The translations under genes were made by a program, and so were the position numbers. From an uncultured Spirochaetota bacterium (GTDB lineage: Bacteria > Spirochaetota > Spirochaetia > SZUA-6 > Fen-1364): DNA of 54,232 nt. The notes under the pieces are model-generated. The model was given only the letters and a program-made list of their open reading frames with translations. It was not told the origin of the DNA and searched no databases. Positions 32,555 through 42,292 of this stretch are shown piece after piece. The stretch is from positions 1-54,232 of the forward strand of contig CAVUXE010000049.1 of NCBI GenBank assembly GCA_963745235.1, read 5' to 3'. Position 1 is the stretch's first letter; every line of letters starts with the position of its first letter.

Positions 32555-33498
32555 TAAAGACGATTGCGCTCACCAAAAGGTACGGGAGCCTCAGCGCGGT
32601 TGAAGAGCTTTCACTCGAAGTCCACACGGGGGAAATCTACGGATTCCTGGGTCCGAACGGATCGGGGAAAACCACGACCATGCGCATGCTTCTCGGAGGC
32701 GTGACTCCGACCTCGGGGGAGATTTATCTTTTCGGCGAGCGTTTCGACCCGAACAAGCTGTCGGTGCGAGCGCGCATCGGCCTTGTGCCCGAACGCCAAC
32801 CGCAAGGCGCCTGGAGCTGGATGACCGGACTGGAGTACCTGTTGCTCTTTGGCGACCTGTTCGGCGTGCCACAAGCGCGAAAACGGGCCGGGGATCTTAT
32901 CGACCGCGTCGGTTTGTCGGACGCAAGAAATCGCCGGATGGCCGGCTACTCCCACGGCATGCTGCAACGCCTCAACATTGCCCGCGCGCTGCTGCATGAT
33001 CCCCGGCTCCTGTTCCTCGACGAGCCGACCGGAGGGCTTGATCCAATCGGCATCAAGCAGATGCGAGACCTGATCCTCGAGGAGAACAGATCGGGCCGGA
33101 CCATTTTCGTCTCGTCACACCTCCTGTCGGAAATGGAGAGAATCTGCCACAGGATCGCGATCATCCACCAAGGACGCCTGCTTGCCGAAGACCGCATGAG
33201 CACGCTCCTCGCGCGATTTGCCCCTGACAGCGAGATCCAGGTGGAGCTGGAATCGATTCCGGCAGGTCTGGTGGCGGAGATCGAGGCGCTGCCCTTCGTT
33301 CTTTCGGTCAACGCCATCGGGTGCTCCCTTCGCGTGCGGGTCGACAGGGGGAGCGACCACAGACGCGATCTCTCCGAGCTCGTGATCCGCAGGGGGCTTG
33401 TGCCGCTGCGAATCGACGAACGGGAGACGACGCTGGAGGAGGCATTCATCACGATCACGAAGGACAACGTAGAGCAGCTCGCCGGGGCGACGCAATGA
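32551..33498 (+). CDS. ABC transporter ATP-binding protein (ABC-2/DrrA type)
   Basis: GPNGSGKTT, YSHGMLQR, FLDEPT, SSH, TLEEAF. Confidence 0.93.
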   Translation: MIKTIALTKRYGSLSAVEELSLEVHTGEIYGFLGPNGSGKTTTMRMLLGGVTPTSGEIYLFGERFDPNKLSVRARIGLVPERQPQGAWSWMTGLEYLLLFGDLFGVPQARKRAGDLIDRVGLSDARNRRMAGYSHGMLQRLNIARALLHDPRLLFLDEPTGGLDPIGIKQMRDLILEENRSGRTIFVSSHLLSEMERICHRIAIIHQGRLLAEDRMSTLLARFAPDSEIQVELESIPAGLVAEIEALPFVLSVNAIGCSLRVRVDRGSDHRRDLSELVIRRGLVPLRIDERETTLEEAFITITKDNVEQLAGATQ

Positions 33499-34406
33499 GC
33501 AGCAGCGCCGCACCCGTAGACGAACGAACGCAGAGGAGCGCCTCGCTCCGTTTCCGAGCCGTGCGCGTGCTGGCCGGGCGACGCCTGATGGAGCATCTTC
33601 TCGCACCCGCAACGTGGGTGCTCGCCGCCTTTGGGCTCGTTCTCGCATTCCTGATTGTGCAAGGATTCGTGAGGTCGGTTGACTCCAGCGGTTTCGATTT
33701 TTCGCTCCACCCGCTCTACGAGATAATCTACGGCATCATTGGCAGCGCCTTCGGCGTCACCTACGTTCGGCAGCTCTTTGGCGACGGCCCTTTCGCTTTT
33801 GCATGTTTGGTAGCCTTTGCGCCAGTTCTTCTGTACTACTGCCTCACCTCGATTCAGCGCTTCGGGCACGAGAGACGCTCCGGCGTGGTGGACCTCGTCG
33901 CGGCCGGGCCGGCCGATGTCCCCGCCTATCTTTTCTCATTCGGGGCCGCAGACACTGTTGCCGTCGCCGCCCACCTGGCCCTGACGGGACTTTTTCTCGC
34001 AGTCAGCGGGATTGTGTGGAATCTCGCGGTCGGGTTGACGCTCGTGGCCTACCTGCTTGGGCTTCTGTTCTTCGCGGCATCTCTCCTGGGGCTTGCGCTC
34101 CTCCTCGTTTCACTTCTTCGCCAACCAGCCTCCGCAGTTGCGCTGTTTCTGGTGGTTGCCGCGGCCCTTGCTTCCGCAGAAGTCGTCTCGTTCGCCATGG
34201 TTGGTGGAGGGCCGGGCAGCGGGGCTGTTGTCGCGTCATGGGTGCTGCGCTGGCTGTCTCCCTTCTATTATCTCGATGTGGCGCGAATGGCTGCCCGGTC
34301 CAGACAGACTCCGCAGTTCTTCTCTGCTTTGCTTGGGCAGGCGGTTCTCTGCGCAGCTTTCCTTACCGGCGCCTATGTGACGGCCAGATCACGGGGGACC
34401 CAGTGA
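33495..34406 (+). CDS. ABC-2 type permease
   Basis: About 6 TM helices, ERRSGVVDL loop, WLSPFYY. ATGA overlap with the ATPase. Confidence 0.75.
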   Translation: MSSSAAPVDERTQRSASLRFRAVRVLAGRRLMEHLLAPATWVLAAFGLVLAFLIVQGFVRSVDSSGFDFSLHPLYEIIYGIIGSAFGVTYVRQLFGDGPFAFACLVAFAPVLLYYCLTSIQRFGHERRSGVVDLVAAGPADVPAYLFSFGAADTVAVAAHLALTGLFLAVSGIVWNLAVGLTLVAYLLGLLFFAASLLGLALLLVSLLRQPASAVALFLVVAAALASAEVVSFAMVGGGPGSGAVVASWVLRWLSPFYYLDVARMAARSRQTPQFFSALLGQAVLCAAFLTGAYVTARSRGTQ

Positions 34407-35782
34407 GCTCGAGGGTGGCCGTGGTGCTCCTTGCGAGCGTGCTCTTGCTTGCGCCCGGCAGAGCCGCAACGGGCCTTTGGCCCGATGTTCCCCAAAAGCA
34501 GGAGCAGGTCGTGTATTCAGTCCTCACCTATGACGGAGCGGCCCTTCAATCGACATTTGCGACCGAGCACTCGGACACGATCTACCTTCTGGCAGGAGTC
34601 GACAGCTTTGTCTCGGTCTGGAAGACGTTCGTTTACTATTGGCCTCTAGCCAGAGAATGGAAGACCGACAGCGACACGCTGAATGAGCAGTTGACGGGAT
34701 CTCTCGTCATCTCGGGAGGACAGCATCGGGTCCTCCTCCCCGTCGATTACACCTATCGAAGCACGACCAGCCCTTACGGGATCTCCTGGGAGAGCCACAC
34801 GGATGAGCAAGCGCGTCAGGAAGCTTCCGAGTATCAAAGCGCGTCGGATGCCCTTGCGCGGGCAACAATCGCATATACGAACACGGAGAATCGATTGAAT
34901 GCCGAGCGCGGACGACTGATCGACGTCATCCGCTCACTCGTCCGGGCGGGCAAGACTGCGGAGGCGCAGCGTGTGGTCACGCAGTACAACTCCCTGGTCG
35001 AGCCTGTTGCGCCTGCACCGCTTGGATACGAAGTCCGCCCCCTCCAGAAGGCGTTCGACGTGAACCTGCCGCCGGGAACCTATTCCATGCGCCTCGGGGA
35101 CCGGTCCGGAGGGACGCTGGAAGGATCAGAAAAGCGGCTTGTGGTCTTTTCTCCACCGAGCGCCGGCGTTACAGGCTACGACATCATCCCCGGCGACCGT
35201 TGGACTCGTCCTCAGGAGTCCAGTAGTGTCGTGGATGCCCTTTACGTGAGTGGCACGTCCGACCTTTACCTGCGCCCTTTTGAGGAGACCGAGCTCAATG
35301 ACCTGGATTACAGCAGGATGGTCGATAATCAGTCACTTGGAAGCCCGCGGCTCTTTCGCTGGGTGCGGACCCGACAGATCCAGAGCTCTGTCCTGCACGT
35401 GCGCTCGGAAGGAGCGGGTTCACACTCAGCGGAAGCTCCGAGCACGGTTCTCGAACAACCCTACTTTGTTCATCAAGTACCGGGCTCGAGCCTGGGGTAC
35501 CAAATCGTTCCCTTCGATCAAAACCAGCCGGATCAGCAGGGCCATGATCCGAGCCTGGTGGCGTTTCACCTCCCAAGCGGGTCCGGACACTTGCGTTTCT
35601 ACCTCAGTCGGCCCGACGGGACGCCCTACCCCGGGAGCGAGCGTGAAGTCCGCGTGTTGAGACAGGACCGTCATGGAAACGGCCTCTTTCTCCTTGCTCT
35701 GGTTCCGCTTCTCGGGCTCGGCCTGCCTCTTGTGCGGCGCCTCAAGAGCGGAAAGACGGAGCGCGGAGGGCGCTGCGGCTGA
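34403..35782 (+). CDS. Hypothetical exported protein with a C-terminal TM anchor
   Basis: GTG start overlapping the upstream stop, signal peptide, soluble body with a helical stretch, and a GLFLLALVPLLGLGLPLVRR tail. Confidence 0.7.
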   Translation: MSSRVAVVLLASVLLLAPGRAATGLWPDVPQKQEQVVYSVLTYDGAALQSTFATEHSDTIYLLAGVDSFVSVWKTFVYYWPLAREWKTDSDTLNEQLTGSLVISGGQHRVLLPVDYTYRSTTSPYGISWESHTDEQARQEASEYQSASDALARATIAYTNTENRLNAERGRLIDVIRSLVRAGKTAEAQRVVTQYNSLVEPVAPAPLGYEVRPLQKAFDVNLPPGTYSMRLGDRSGGTLEGSEKRLVVFSPPSAGVTGYDIIPGDRWTRPQESSSVVDALYVSGTSDLYLRPFEETELNDLDYSRMVDNQSLGSPRLFRWVRTRQIQSSVLHVRSEGAGSHSAEAPSTVLEQPYFVHQVPGSSLGYQIVPFDQNQPDQQGHDPSLVAFHLPSGSGHLRFYLSRPDGTPYPGSEREVRVLRQDRHGNGLFLLALVPLLGLGLPLVRRLKSGKTERGGRCG

Positions 35783-36096
35783 GCGTGGCACTCCTCAGTG
35801 TTTTCCCTCACGACACGCCATGCCTCGGAGATGTTGCTCGGTGCCTCCGCGAGAGACAACACGCATAGAAATTTGGTTGCGGCGCATCGCTTCGAATCTG
35901 GTCGGCACCTTTCCCGGACTCGGCAGAAAATTCCGCAGTCTGCGTGCGTCCCCCAAGAGACCGGGCGGACTCTCGGCGTGCGGTAGTGCGGTAAGGGCCG
36001 GTTTGACTTGACGAGAGGCGTGAGTTAGCCTACCGGGTGCCGTCACGGCTCGACATGGAATGCTGGATGGTTCGGGCGCGAAATGAGAACGAGATA

Positions 36097-37188
36097 ATGG
36101 AAGCGAAACCTGAAAAAATTCTGTGGATCTCGCTCCTGATCGCTATTCCAGTTGCGGTCTTCGGCGCGGCCGTGACCCTCTTGAATCTGCTTCACACTCC
36201 CTATGCCGTGTGGCTGCAGGTGGAAGCACCTCCCTACGCGGTCGTCGGGGGCACTCTCGACATCGGGATAACGCTCGGACAAGTGCCCGAGCCGTCCTTT
36301 CTCGTCGTGGACCTCTACCAGTTTGAAAAAGACCACAGGGCGATCAGCGACCACCCTTCTCTGAGCCGGTCTCTCTCTGTACACAACGGCGTCAACTATT
36401 CGCTCCGGATGGAAGTCAAGGAAGTGGAGAAGCTGGCCTTCCTTCAGCTGGTCATCTACCTGTCGCCGACGGGGGATTGGCGGACCAGGACCCACGCGGC
36501 CCGCTCTCAGGTCATCCCGGTCAAGATTCAGGCGGACCAGGCAGGCGGTCCTGCCATGAGGAGAATCCGTGCGTTCATCATCAGCAGGTCGCGGAGTCGC
36601 GATATCCCTTTCCAGCCGGGCGGGAGTCTGGCCAAACGCGCGTCCGTTTACCCGACGGCCGCGTTCCGGATATTCCTGATAGGCTTGCTCGTCGTGGGAT
36701 GCCTGGTTTGCCTGATCCGCTCGACCCGTTTGCGCCTCCTCGCAAACCACCGCGCGACCCGCAAAGAGCTTTTTTGGCGAGGCGCCCCGATCCTGCTCTT
36801 CCTGGCATTTCTCTGGGAGATCTTGCGCCTGGAGGAGCGGGTCTCCGAGTGGGGCAGAAGAGTCGTCTCAGGCCTGGACCTCTATTATTCCCGCCAGTCG
36901 TATCAGAAGGCCGCCCTCGCCCTTCTCGCGGCCGCATTTGCCGTTTTACTCGTTATTTCCTTCAGGGCGGTCTCGCGGAACCGGGCCCGCCTCTATCCTG
37001 TGCTCGCGGGAATCGCACTGGCTGGCTACACAAGCGTGTCGCTCGCCGCAGCGCTTTCCTTCCACTCCATTGACTTGCTCGAGCTGACTTCGGTGGCCGG
37101 GGCTTCCGTGGTTGACCTGGCCAAGGCGGCCTGCGCCGCGGCGTTCCTGATCATGGTCCTCGTCGCCCCCCGGCCAAGCGAGAGATAG
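36097..37188 (+). CDS. Hypothetical membrane protein
   Basis: N-terminal TM, a soluble domain and several C-terminal TM helices. Start uncertain. Confidence 0.6.
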   Translation: MEAKPEKILWISLLIAIPVAVFGAAVTLLNLLHTPYAVWLQVEAPPYAVVGGTLDIGITLGQVPEPSFLVVDLYQFEKDHRAISDHPSLSRSLSVHNGVNYSLRMEVKEVEKLAFLQLVIYLSPTGDWRTRTHAARSQVIPVKIQADQAGGPAMRRIRAFIISRSRSRDIPFQPGGSLAKRASVYPTAAFRIFLIGLLVVGCLVCLIRSTRLRLLANHRATRKELFWRGAPILLFLAFLWEILRLEERVSEWGRRVVSGLDLYYSRQSYQKAALALLAAAFAVLLVISFRAVSRNRARLYPVLAGIALAGYTSVSLAAALSFHSIDLLELTSVAGASVVDLAKAACAAAFLIMVLVAPRPSER

Positions 37189-37241
37189 GCTCGCTCAAGA
37201 ATTGCTGGTTGTCTGGCGCGGCCGCACAATCTCCATCCGTC

Positions 37242-37844
37242 TCAGACGAATCGCGCTGCTTCGAGAACCTTGCCGTTGCTTTGTCCTTCGACAGCCGCGA
37301 CGTACGCTTTCGCTACGTCCGAGGCTGCCAGGCCATTCGACTCATCCATCTTCATTGATCGCAGCGTTTCTTTCACCCATGGTGGGCTCACGACGTTGAC
37401 GCGCACGCCGCGCGTCATCTCCAGTCCCGCCGCGCGCACAAAACCTTCGAGGCCCGCGTTCACCAGAGAGACCGCGGCGCTTCCCGGCGTCGGCTGGGTT
37501 GCCAGAACACCGCTGGTGACCGTAATAGACCCTCCTGCGTTAACCTTGTCCGTCGCCACACGAACAACATTGACCTGGCCCATCAGCTTGTAGCGGAGCG
37601 AAAGCGCGAAATCATCATCGGTAAGGTTCCCGAGCGGACCCCACCCCGCTCCGCCGGCGCAACAGACAACCGCGTCAACATTCTTGGTCCCGTCGAAGAG
37701 CGCCTTTACGGTGGCAGTGTCTTCGATATCAACTCGCACTGCCGACTTGCGAGATGCGCGTATGACTTCATGCCCGCGTTTGGCAAGGGCGTCCGCAACT
37801 GCCTTGCCGATTGTCCCAGTTGCTCCGATGACGACGATTTTCAT
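37242..37844 (-). CDS. Short-chain dehydrogenase/reductase (short type)
   Basis: GATGTIG, KLMGQVN, VNAGLEGF, RVNVVSPPWV. Confidence 0.9.
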   Translation of the reverse strand: MKIVVIGATGTIGKAVADALAKRGHEVIRASRKSAVRVDIEDTATVKALFDGTKNVDAVVCCAGGAGWGPLGNLTDDDFALSLRYKLMGQVNVVRVATDKVNAGGSITVTSGVLATQPTPGSAAVSLVNAGLEGFVRAAGLEMTRGVRVNVVSPPWVKETLRSMKMDESNGLAASDVAKAYVAAVEGQSNGKVLEAARFV

Positions 37845-38265
37845 ATGCCCCCCTTGGCCTTTGATTGCTCTCCAAATAGACAGCCGAGACGATGGTAATA
37901 TAATCAATGCCCGTCGACAAGAATGCAGCTGACATGGGACTGACACCGCTCAAGTGGCTGGTGCCAGATCACCAAAGGATGGCAACCGGTGCAAAAATGT
38001 TCAGCAGGGGTTACAATTGAGCCGAGTGAGCGTCGGGCATCTGCGGGTACTTTGCTGAAATTGACCGCAAAGCACCGCGCTGCCGTAGGATTGCAAAGAA
38101 TAATTACCTCGAGGCCGCCAAGGACAAGCTGGCCGAGCGATACATACCGCGAGAACTCCGTCGTCGTTGGTGATGCAACGCTCGGTTTCTGGCGGAGGGC
38201 CTGCACCTGAACGCGGTCATGTTTCTGTCTTTGAGCGACAGGGTCGCCGAAAGGAGAACGTCAAG

Positions 38266-38877
38266 GTGAATATCGTTCTACTCGGAGATTCGATCTTCGA
38301 CAACTCGAGTTACGTTCCTGGTGAGCCATCAGCTATTGAGCAACTTCGGTCGCTTCTTCCAAGCGGTTCCACCGCGACGCTGCTCGCAGTAGATGGGAGC
38401 GTAACCAACGAAGTCGTCAAACAGGCGGCAAGACTGCCAGCAGATGCATCCCATCTGATCGTGAGCTCCGGAGGCAACGACGCCCTTCATGCCAGCATTT
38501 TTTTGGACCAGCCAGGCAACCTCTTGGCGATGCTCGCGGTTGCGCAGGAAGAGTTTCGGATAGACTACCGACGGCTCCTGCAAACGCTCAGGAAGACCTC
38601 CAAGCCGACAGTGGCGTGTACCATATACGACTCGATACCTGCTCTGGCGAGCGAGAAGAAGACTGCCCTTTCGATCTTCAACGACGTTATCGTTTCTGAG
38701 GCTTCGCGGTTCGGGTTCCCCGTGATCGATCTGCGGCCGTTGTGCAACGAGACGGGGGACTACTCCGCGCTTTCTCCTATTGAACCGTCTTCCCGAGGAG
38801 GAATGAAAATCGCGACGAGGATCGCGCGTGTCGCCCAGGGGTTTGGCTTCAAGTTTCCTTGGACGATCCTCCTTTAG
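38266..38877 (+). CDS. SGNH/GDSL hydrolase family protein
   Basis: LLGDSIFDN, SSGGND, IEPS. Confidence 0.85.
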   Translation: MNIVLLGDSIFDNSSYVPGEPSAIEQLRSLLPSGSTATLLAVDGSVTNEVVKQAARLPADASHLIVSSGGNDALHASIFLDQPGNLLAMLAVAQEEFRIDYRRLLQTLRKTSKPTVACTIYDSIPALASEKKTALSIFNDVIVSEASRFGFPVIDLRPLCNETGDYSALSPIEPSSRGGMKIATRIARVAQGFGFKFPWTILL

Positions 38878-38886
38878 GTCAAAGCT

Positions 38887-39204
38887 GTGAACCTGAGACA
38901 CAAGTTCCTTGGGGCAATGGTCGGCGGCGCTCTTGGCGACGCCATCGGTGAAATAGTCCTCTCCAAAGCGCGCCGGGGACCCATCGACACAGACCATCAG
39001 TTTCTCTCCGTCGGCAAGGATGCTCTCCTGGAGCTTCTCAGCGAGTTTCCGCAGGACAAGTACACGGACGATACAGCAATGGCGATCGGGATCCCCGAGA
39101 CCCTTATTGCCAGGCATGGGATAGAGCTCCAGTACTTGGGTGACAGGTTCCGCTGGAACCTGAACAACGAGCCATGGCGAGGGTACGGCACCGGGCGGCC
39201 ATGA
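38887..39204 (+). pseudogene. ADP-ribosylglycohydrolase N-terminal fragment
   Basis: GALGDAIG, YTDDTAM and RGYG, but only 105 aa with no recognisable continuation. Confidence 0.7.
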
Positions 39205-39264
39205 TCTTCCTGTCGGTTTCGTCCAACGGATCGTGCGTATATTGAAATCGAGCAGCTCAAGACC

Positions 39265-39837
39265 ATGAAGCTTCTTCTCGCAAGTGATCTCCACAGCCTC
39301 CCCAGAGCCTTCGAGCAGTTCACGGAAACTCTCAAACGCTACGACGTTGGCATCATCGCTGGCGATATTGTCGATGAGTACGTCCCCGATCAGCAGCTCA
39401 TCGAGATGCTGAACCTTAGCCCAGATGACTTTCTGGATGAGCTTCCCGCTCCTGAAGAAACGGCCGACGAAATTGTCAAGAAGCACCTTCTTGTCTACTT
39501 GATATACTGCCCGTATATTTTCCCTGGAGGGCTTTATCAAGGCATGAAGAAGCCCATCGTTCCTGTGCTGGTCTTGACAATTGCCTCCTTCACACTTGCG
39601 GAGTTGAGCGGCAATATCGATTGGTCAGCGTCCACGCCGAGCCTTCAGCAAGTCCAAAACCAGATTAGCACGTGGAAAAGTGAATACTCGATTATCAGCG
39701 CAACGAGATTTGAATCCAAGAAAATGAAAGAAGTCTTTGCGTTTCAAAGTCCTTCCATCTCTCATCTTTCAATACCATATCTGACGCTGCTGGACATTCA
39801 ACTAGAGGCAGCAAGCCTTAAAGGACACGGGCAATAG
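39265..39837 (+). pseudogene. Metallophosphoesterase N-terminal fragment in frame with an unrelated signal-peptide-bearing fragment
   Basis: ASDLH and AGDIVD are present but the later GNHD/H motifs are absent. An internal MKKPIVPVLVLTIASFTLA starts at 39544. Confidence 0.5.
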
Positions 39838-39894
39838 CGGGGAAGGCAAGCCGTGAAGACAGCAGAACGGCGAGCCGCGACGGTAGTGGAGGGT

Positions 39895-40299
39895 TTACTT
39901 CTGGGGCTTCGCCCGCCGTCCGACAGTCTTTGAATTGCCCGGACTTCGTTTTGGCGCTGCATCGTTCCTTGTCGCCTTCGCTTTCGAAGGCTCCCTTGCT
40001 GCCATCGTCAAATCCAGGACGGAGTCATCGCTTCCGAAGTCGTTGGCAACGTAGGCGTCGGCTTCGTTGTCGTTGAGCCAGCGTCCCTGGTTGTCATGGT
40101 AGCGGAAGCGATACGATTTCCCTTCATCCAGCACTAACGTAGCGACCCATGTACCGTCCGATTCCAGAGTGAGCGGAATGCCTTTGACCTGCCACCCGTT
40201 GAAGTCTCCGCAGAGATAGAGCTCCACGACGTCGTCCATTGGCGGCATCCTGAAAGTGACTTCAACCTTCCGACCTGTCAAACCCTTCTTCTGGAGCAT
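39895..40299 (-). CDS. Isoamylase early-set / CBM48-like glycogen-binding domain protein
   Basis: CGDFNGW, YRFRY, WLNDNEAD, NDFGSDDSVL, basic tail. Confidence 0.85.
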   Translation of the reverse strand: MLQKKGLTGRKVEVTFRMPPMDDVVELYLCGDFNGWQVKGIPLTLESDGTWVATLVLDEGKSYRFRYHDNQGRWLNDNEADAYVANDFGSDDSVLDLTMAAREPSKAKATRNDAAPKRSPGNSKTVGRRAKPQK

Positions 40300-40418
40300 A
40301 TGCGCCTCCTCTTACGCGACTGCACCGACACCCTGCCAGGAGCCGTACCGACCCACGGCGTTGAACTGCCTGAATACCCTGAGTTCATTGTACCGCTTGC
40401 CCCGCCGGTCGGATAGAG

Positions 40419-40946
40419 TCAGAAAAAAGAATAGCCGCCCAGGATTGCGAAGCTGTAGGTTCCCAGGGGAACAGGCGTCCCTTTGAAGCCGGTTGATGAG
40501 AAGAACCTGTAGAGGCCTCTCCCCTGGATGAAGATGCTGCCAACGTGCGCCGTGGCCTCAAGACCCGTCTGTGCCGCGACGCCGTTGACGCTGACGTGGT
40601 AATCTTGAAAGCCCAATCCGCCAAGAAGGAAGGCAAACTCGACGGGTCCCACAGAGGGGAAGTGATAGGAGATATCGGTCCCGAAAAGCAGCACCGGACC
40701 AGCGGCAAGTCCGTTCGCGTACGCGCTATTGTCAGCGGGCAAACTGGCGATGACGAAGTCCAGTCCGAAGCTTTCCCATGAGTTGACGCGGTACAAGCTC
40801 TCCACAAAGACTTGAGGAGCTATTTGAGACAGAGGAGCGCCTCCAGCCTCAAATGCTGCTCCGCAGCCAACGTTGATTTCCGCAGACGCCACCGCGGCTC
40901 CCAGAGAAATCAATGCAAAGATCACAAGATACCTTGCTTTCATCAT
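40419..40946 (-). CDS. Putative small outer-membrane beta-barrel protein
   Basis: Signal peptide, amphipathic beta strands and a C-terminal aromatic GYSFF. Confidence 0.6.
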   Translation of the reverse strand: MMKARYLVIFALISLGAAVASAEINVGCGAAFEAGGAPLSQIAPQVFVESLYRVNSWESFGLDFVIASLPADNSAYANGLAAGPVLLFGTDISYHFPSVGPVEFAFLLGGLGFQDYHVSVNGVAAQTGLEATAHVGSIFIQGRGLYRFFSSTGFKGTPVPLGTYSFAILGGYSFF

Positions 40947-41176
40947 TCCTCTCCTTGGGTTCATCCTGGCATCAGATCTTGCTTGGGGTGATTATATCAT
41001 CTCTTCCGTCAACGCGTTGCCCCGCTGTTGCCCGGGTTTTTCCTGGTCGTTACTTTCGCTGCGGAAACTGTTTCTTTGATGGACTATTTTTCACGCGTGG
41101 ATAGGGTCAGCAACCCGAAGCGGAAGGATATTTCCACTGTCATGGGGCTCCATTCACTCGAGGGCGCGAAGCCAGA

Positions 41177-41464
41177 GTGAAGCTCACACGGATACTGCTC
41201 AAAAGCCCGGAACCGAATGAGTTCGGTCTCCCCAAGAGGCTTGCCGTCTATCAGCTTGGAGAACCCCGCAGGGTCGGAAGCTACTTCAACGTGCCCGTCT
41301 TCACTCTGAGGGAAAACGGGCTCCAGGTGCCGCCTCCTCCCGTTCTGCTCCAGGTAGCGTCCGCCCAAGCGGCTCTCGACACCGCCATTCGCCACTATCA
41401 AGAGCAAGCTGGGAAGCTGGGTCTCTCCATCAAGGTCTCGGATCTCCCTGAGCAGGAGCCGTAG
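41177..41464 (+). CDS. Hypothetical protein
   Basis: 95-aa ORF in an intergenic gap, upstream of the response regulator. Confidence 0.45.
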   Translation: MKLTRILLKSPEPNEFGLPKRLAVYQLGEPRRVGSYFNVPVFTLRENGLQVPPPPVLLQVASAQAALDTAIRHYQEQAGKLGLSIKVSDLPEQEP

Positions 41465-41559
41465 CCCGTTGCCGGACGCGGCCGCGACGAGCCTGCTCTG
41501 AGGGAACCCTGCATCCACGTGAGGGGACGCCAACCGCCGGACGGAGCCCGGGGGGAATC

Positions 41560-42252
41560 ATGAATGTCCTTGTGATTGAGGACGCCGAGGAAGTAGTTGA
41601 AAGCATAACGCTCTGCCTGACCATGCGCTGGCCCCGGTGCGTGGTGCAGTCCGCCGCAAGCGGAAAGACTGGTCTCATGCTCCTGGCGGAAGGGCCACCT
41701 GATCTCGTTCTTCTGGACCTGACGCTGTCCGACGGACAAGGCCTCACCCTCCTGGATGAGATTCGAACGATTTCCAATGTTCCCCTCCTCGTCATCAGCG
41801 GGACGGCGGACGAAACAACGCGCGTGAAGAGCCTCGAGCACGGAGCCGATGACTACATCACGAAGCCCTTTTCCCATACTGAGCTCCTTGCCAGGATCAA
41901 CGCGGTGCTGCGGCGAAGCGGCATGCAAGGGCATGCGGAGAAGCGGAAAATACTCGCAGGAGGCAACCTGGTTGTCGATCTTTCCTCAGGGCGTGTCTTT
42001 GCCTCGGGACAGGAAGCAAAGCTCAGCGGGACGGAATGGCGTGTGCTGGAGTTCCTGACGCAGAACGCCGGGCGGGTGGTCCCCGCGGCGGCCCTTGCAA
42101 CCCATGTCTGGGGCAGCAGCCCCCTGGGCAGGTCGACAATCAAGATGTGCATCAGGCGCCTGCGGCAAAAGCTCGGCGACAGCACACGGACTCCGCGCAT
42201 CATCCGCGGTCATCGCGGCAGAGGATACAGCCTCGACCTCAATCCCCCATGA
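41560..42252 (+). CDS. OmpR-family response regulator (paralog A)
   Basis: VIED, LLDL, DDYITKPF, and a winged helix IRRLRQKL...RGRGY. Confidence 0.93.
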   Translation: MNVLVIEDAEEVVESITLCLTMRWPRCVVQSAASGKTGLMLLAEGPPDLVLLDLTLSDGQGLTLLDEIRTISNVPLLVISGTADETTRVKSLEHGADDYITKPFSHTELLARINAVLRRSGMQGHAEKRKILAGGNLVVDLSSGRVFASGQEAKLSGTEWRVLEFLTQNAGRVVPAAALATHVWGSSPLGRSTIKMCIRRLRQKLGDSTRTPRIIRGHRGRGYSLDLNPP

Positions 42253-42292
42253 GAGCCTGCGGCGTTCCCATTCCGTCCCGCGCCGCAGCTTT

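Noticed and set aside
30815-35782. 579-aa and 659-aa ORFs as single large proteins
   Set aside because: Their N-terminal halves are alternate frames of permease genes; the real starts are 31739 and 34403.
37845-38265. Riboswitch or ncRNA in a long intergenic region
   Set aside because: No recognisable aptamer consensus by eye; an Rfam scan would be needed.
36097-41464. Integron cassette array
   Set aside because: Genes lie on mixed strands, with no attC-like sites and no intI.
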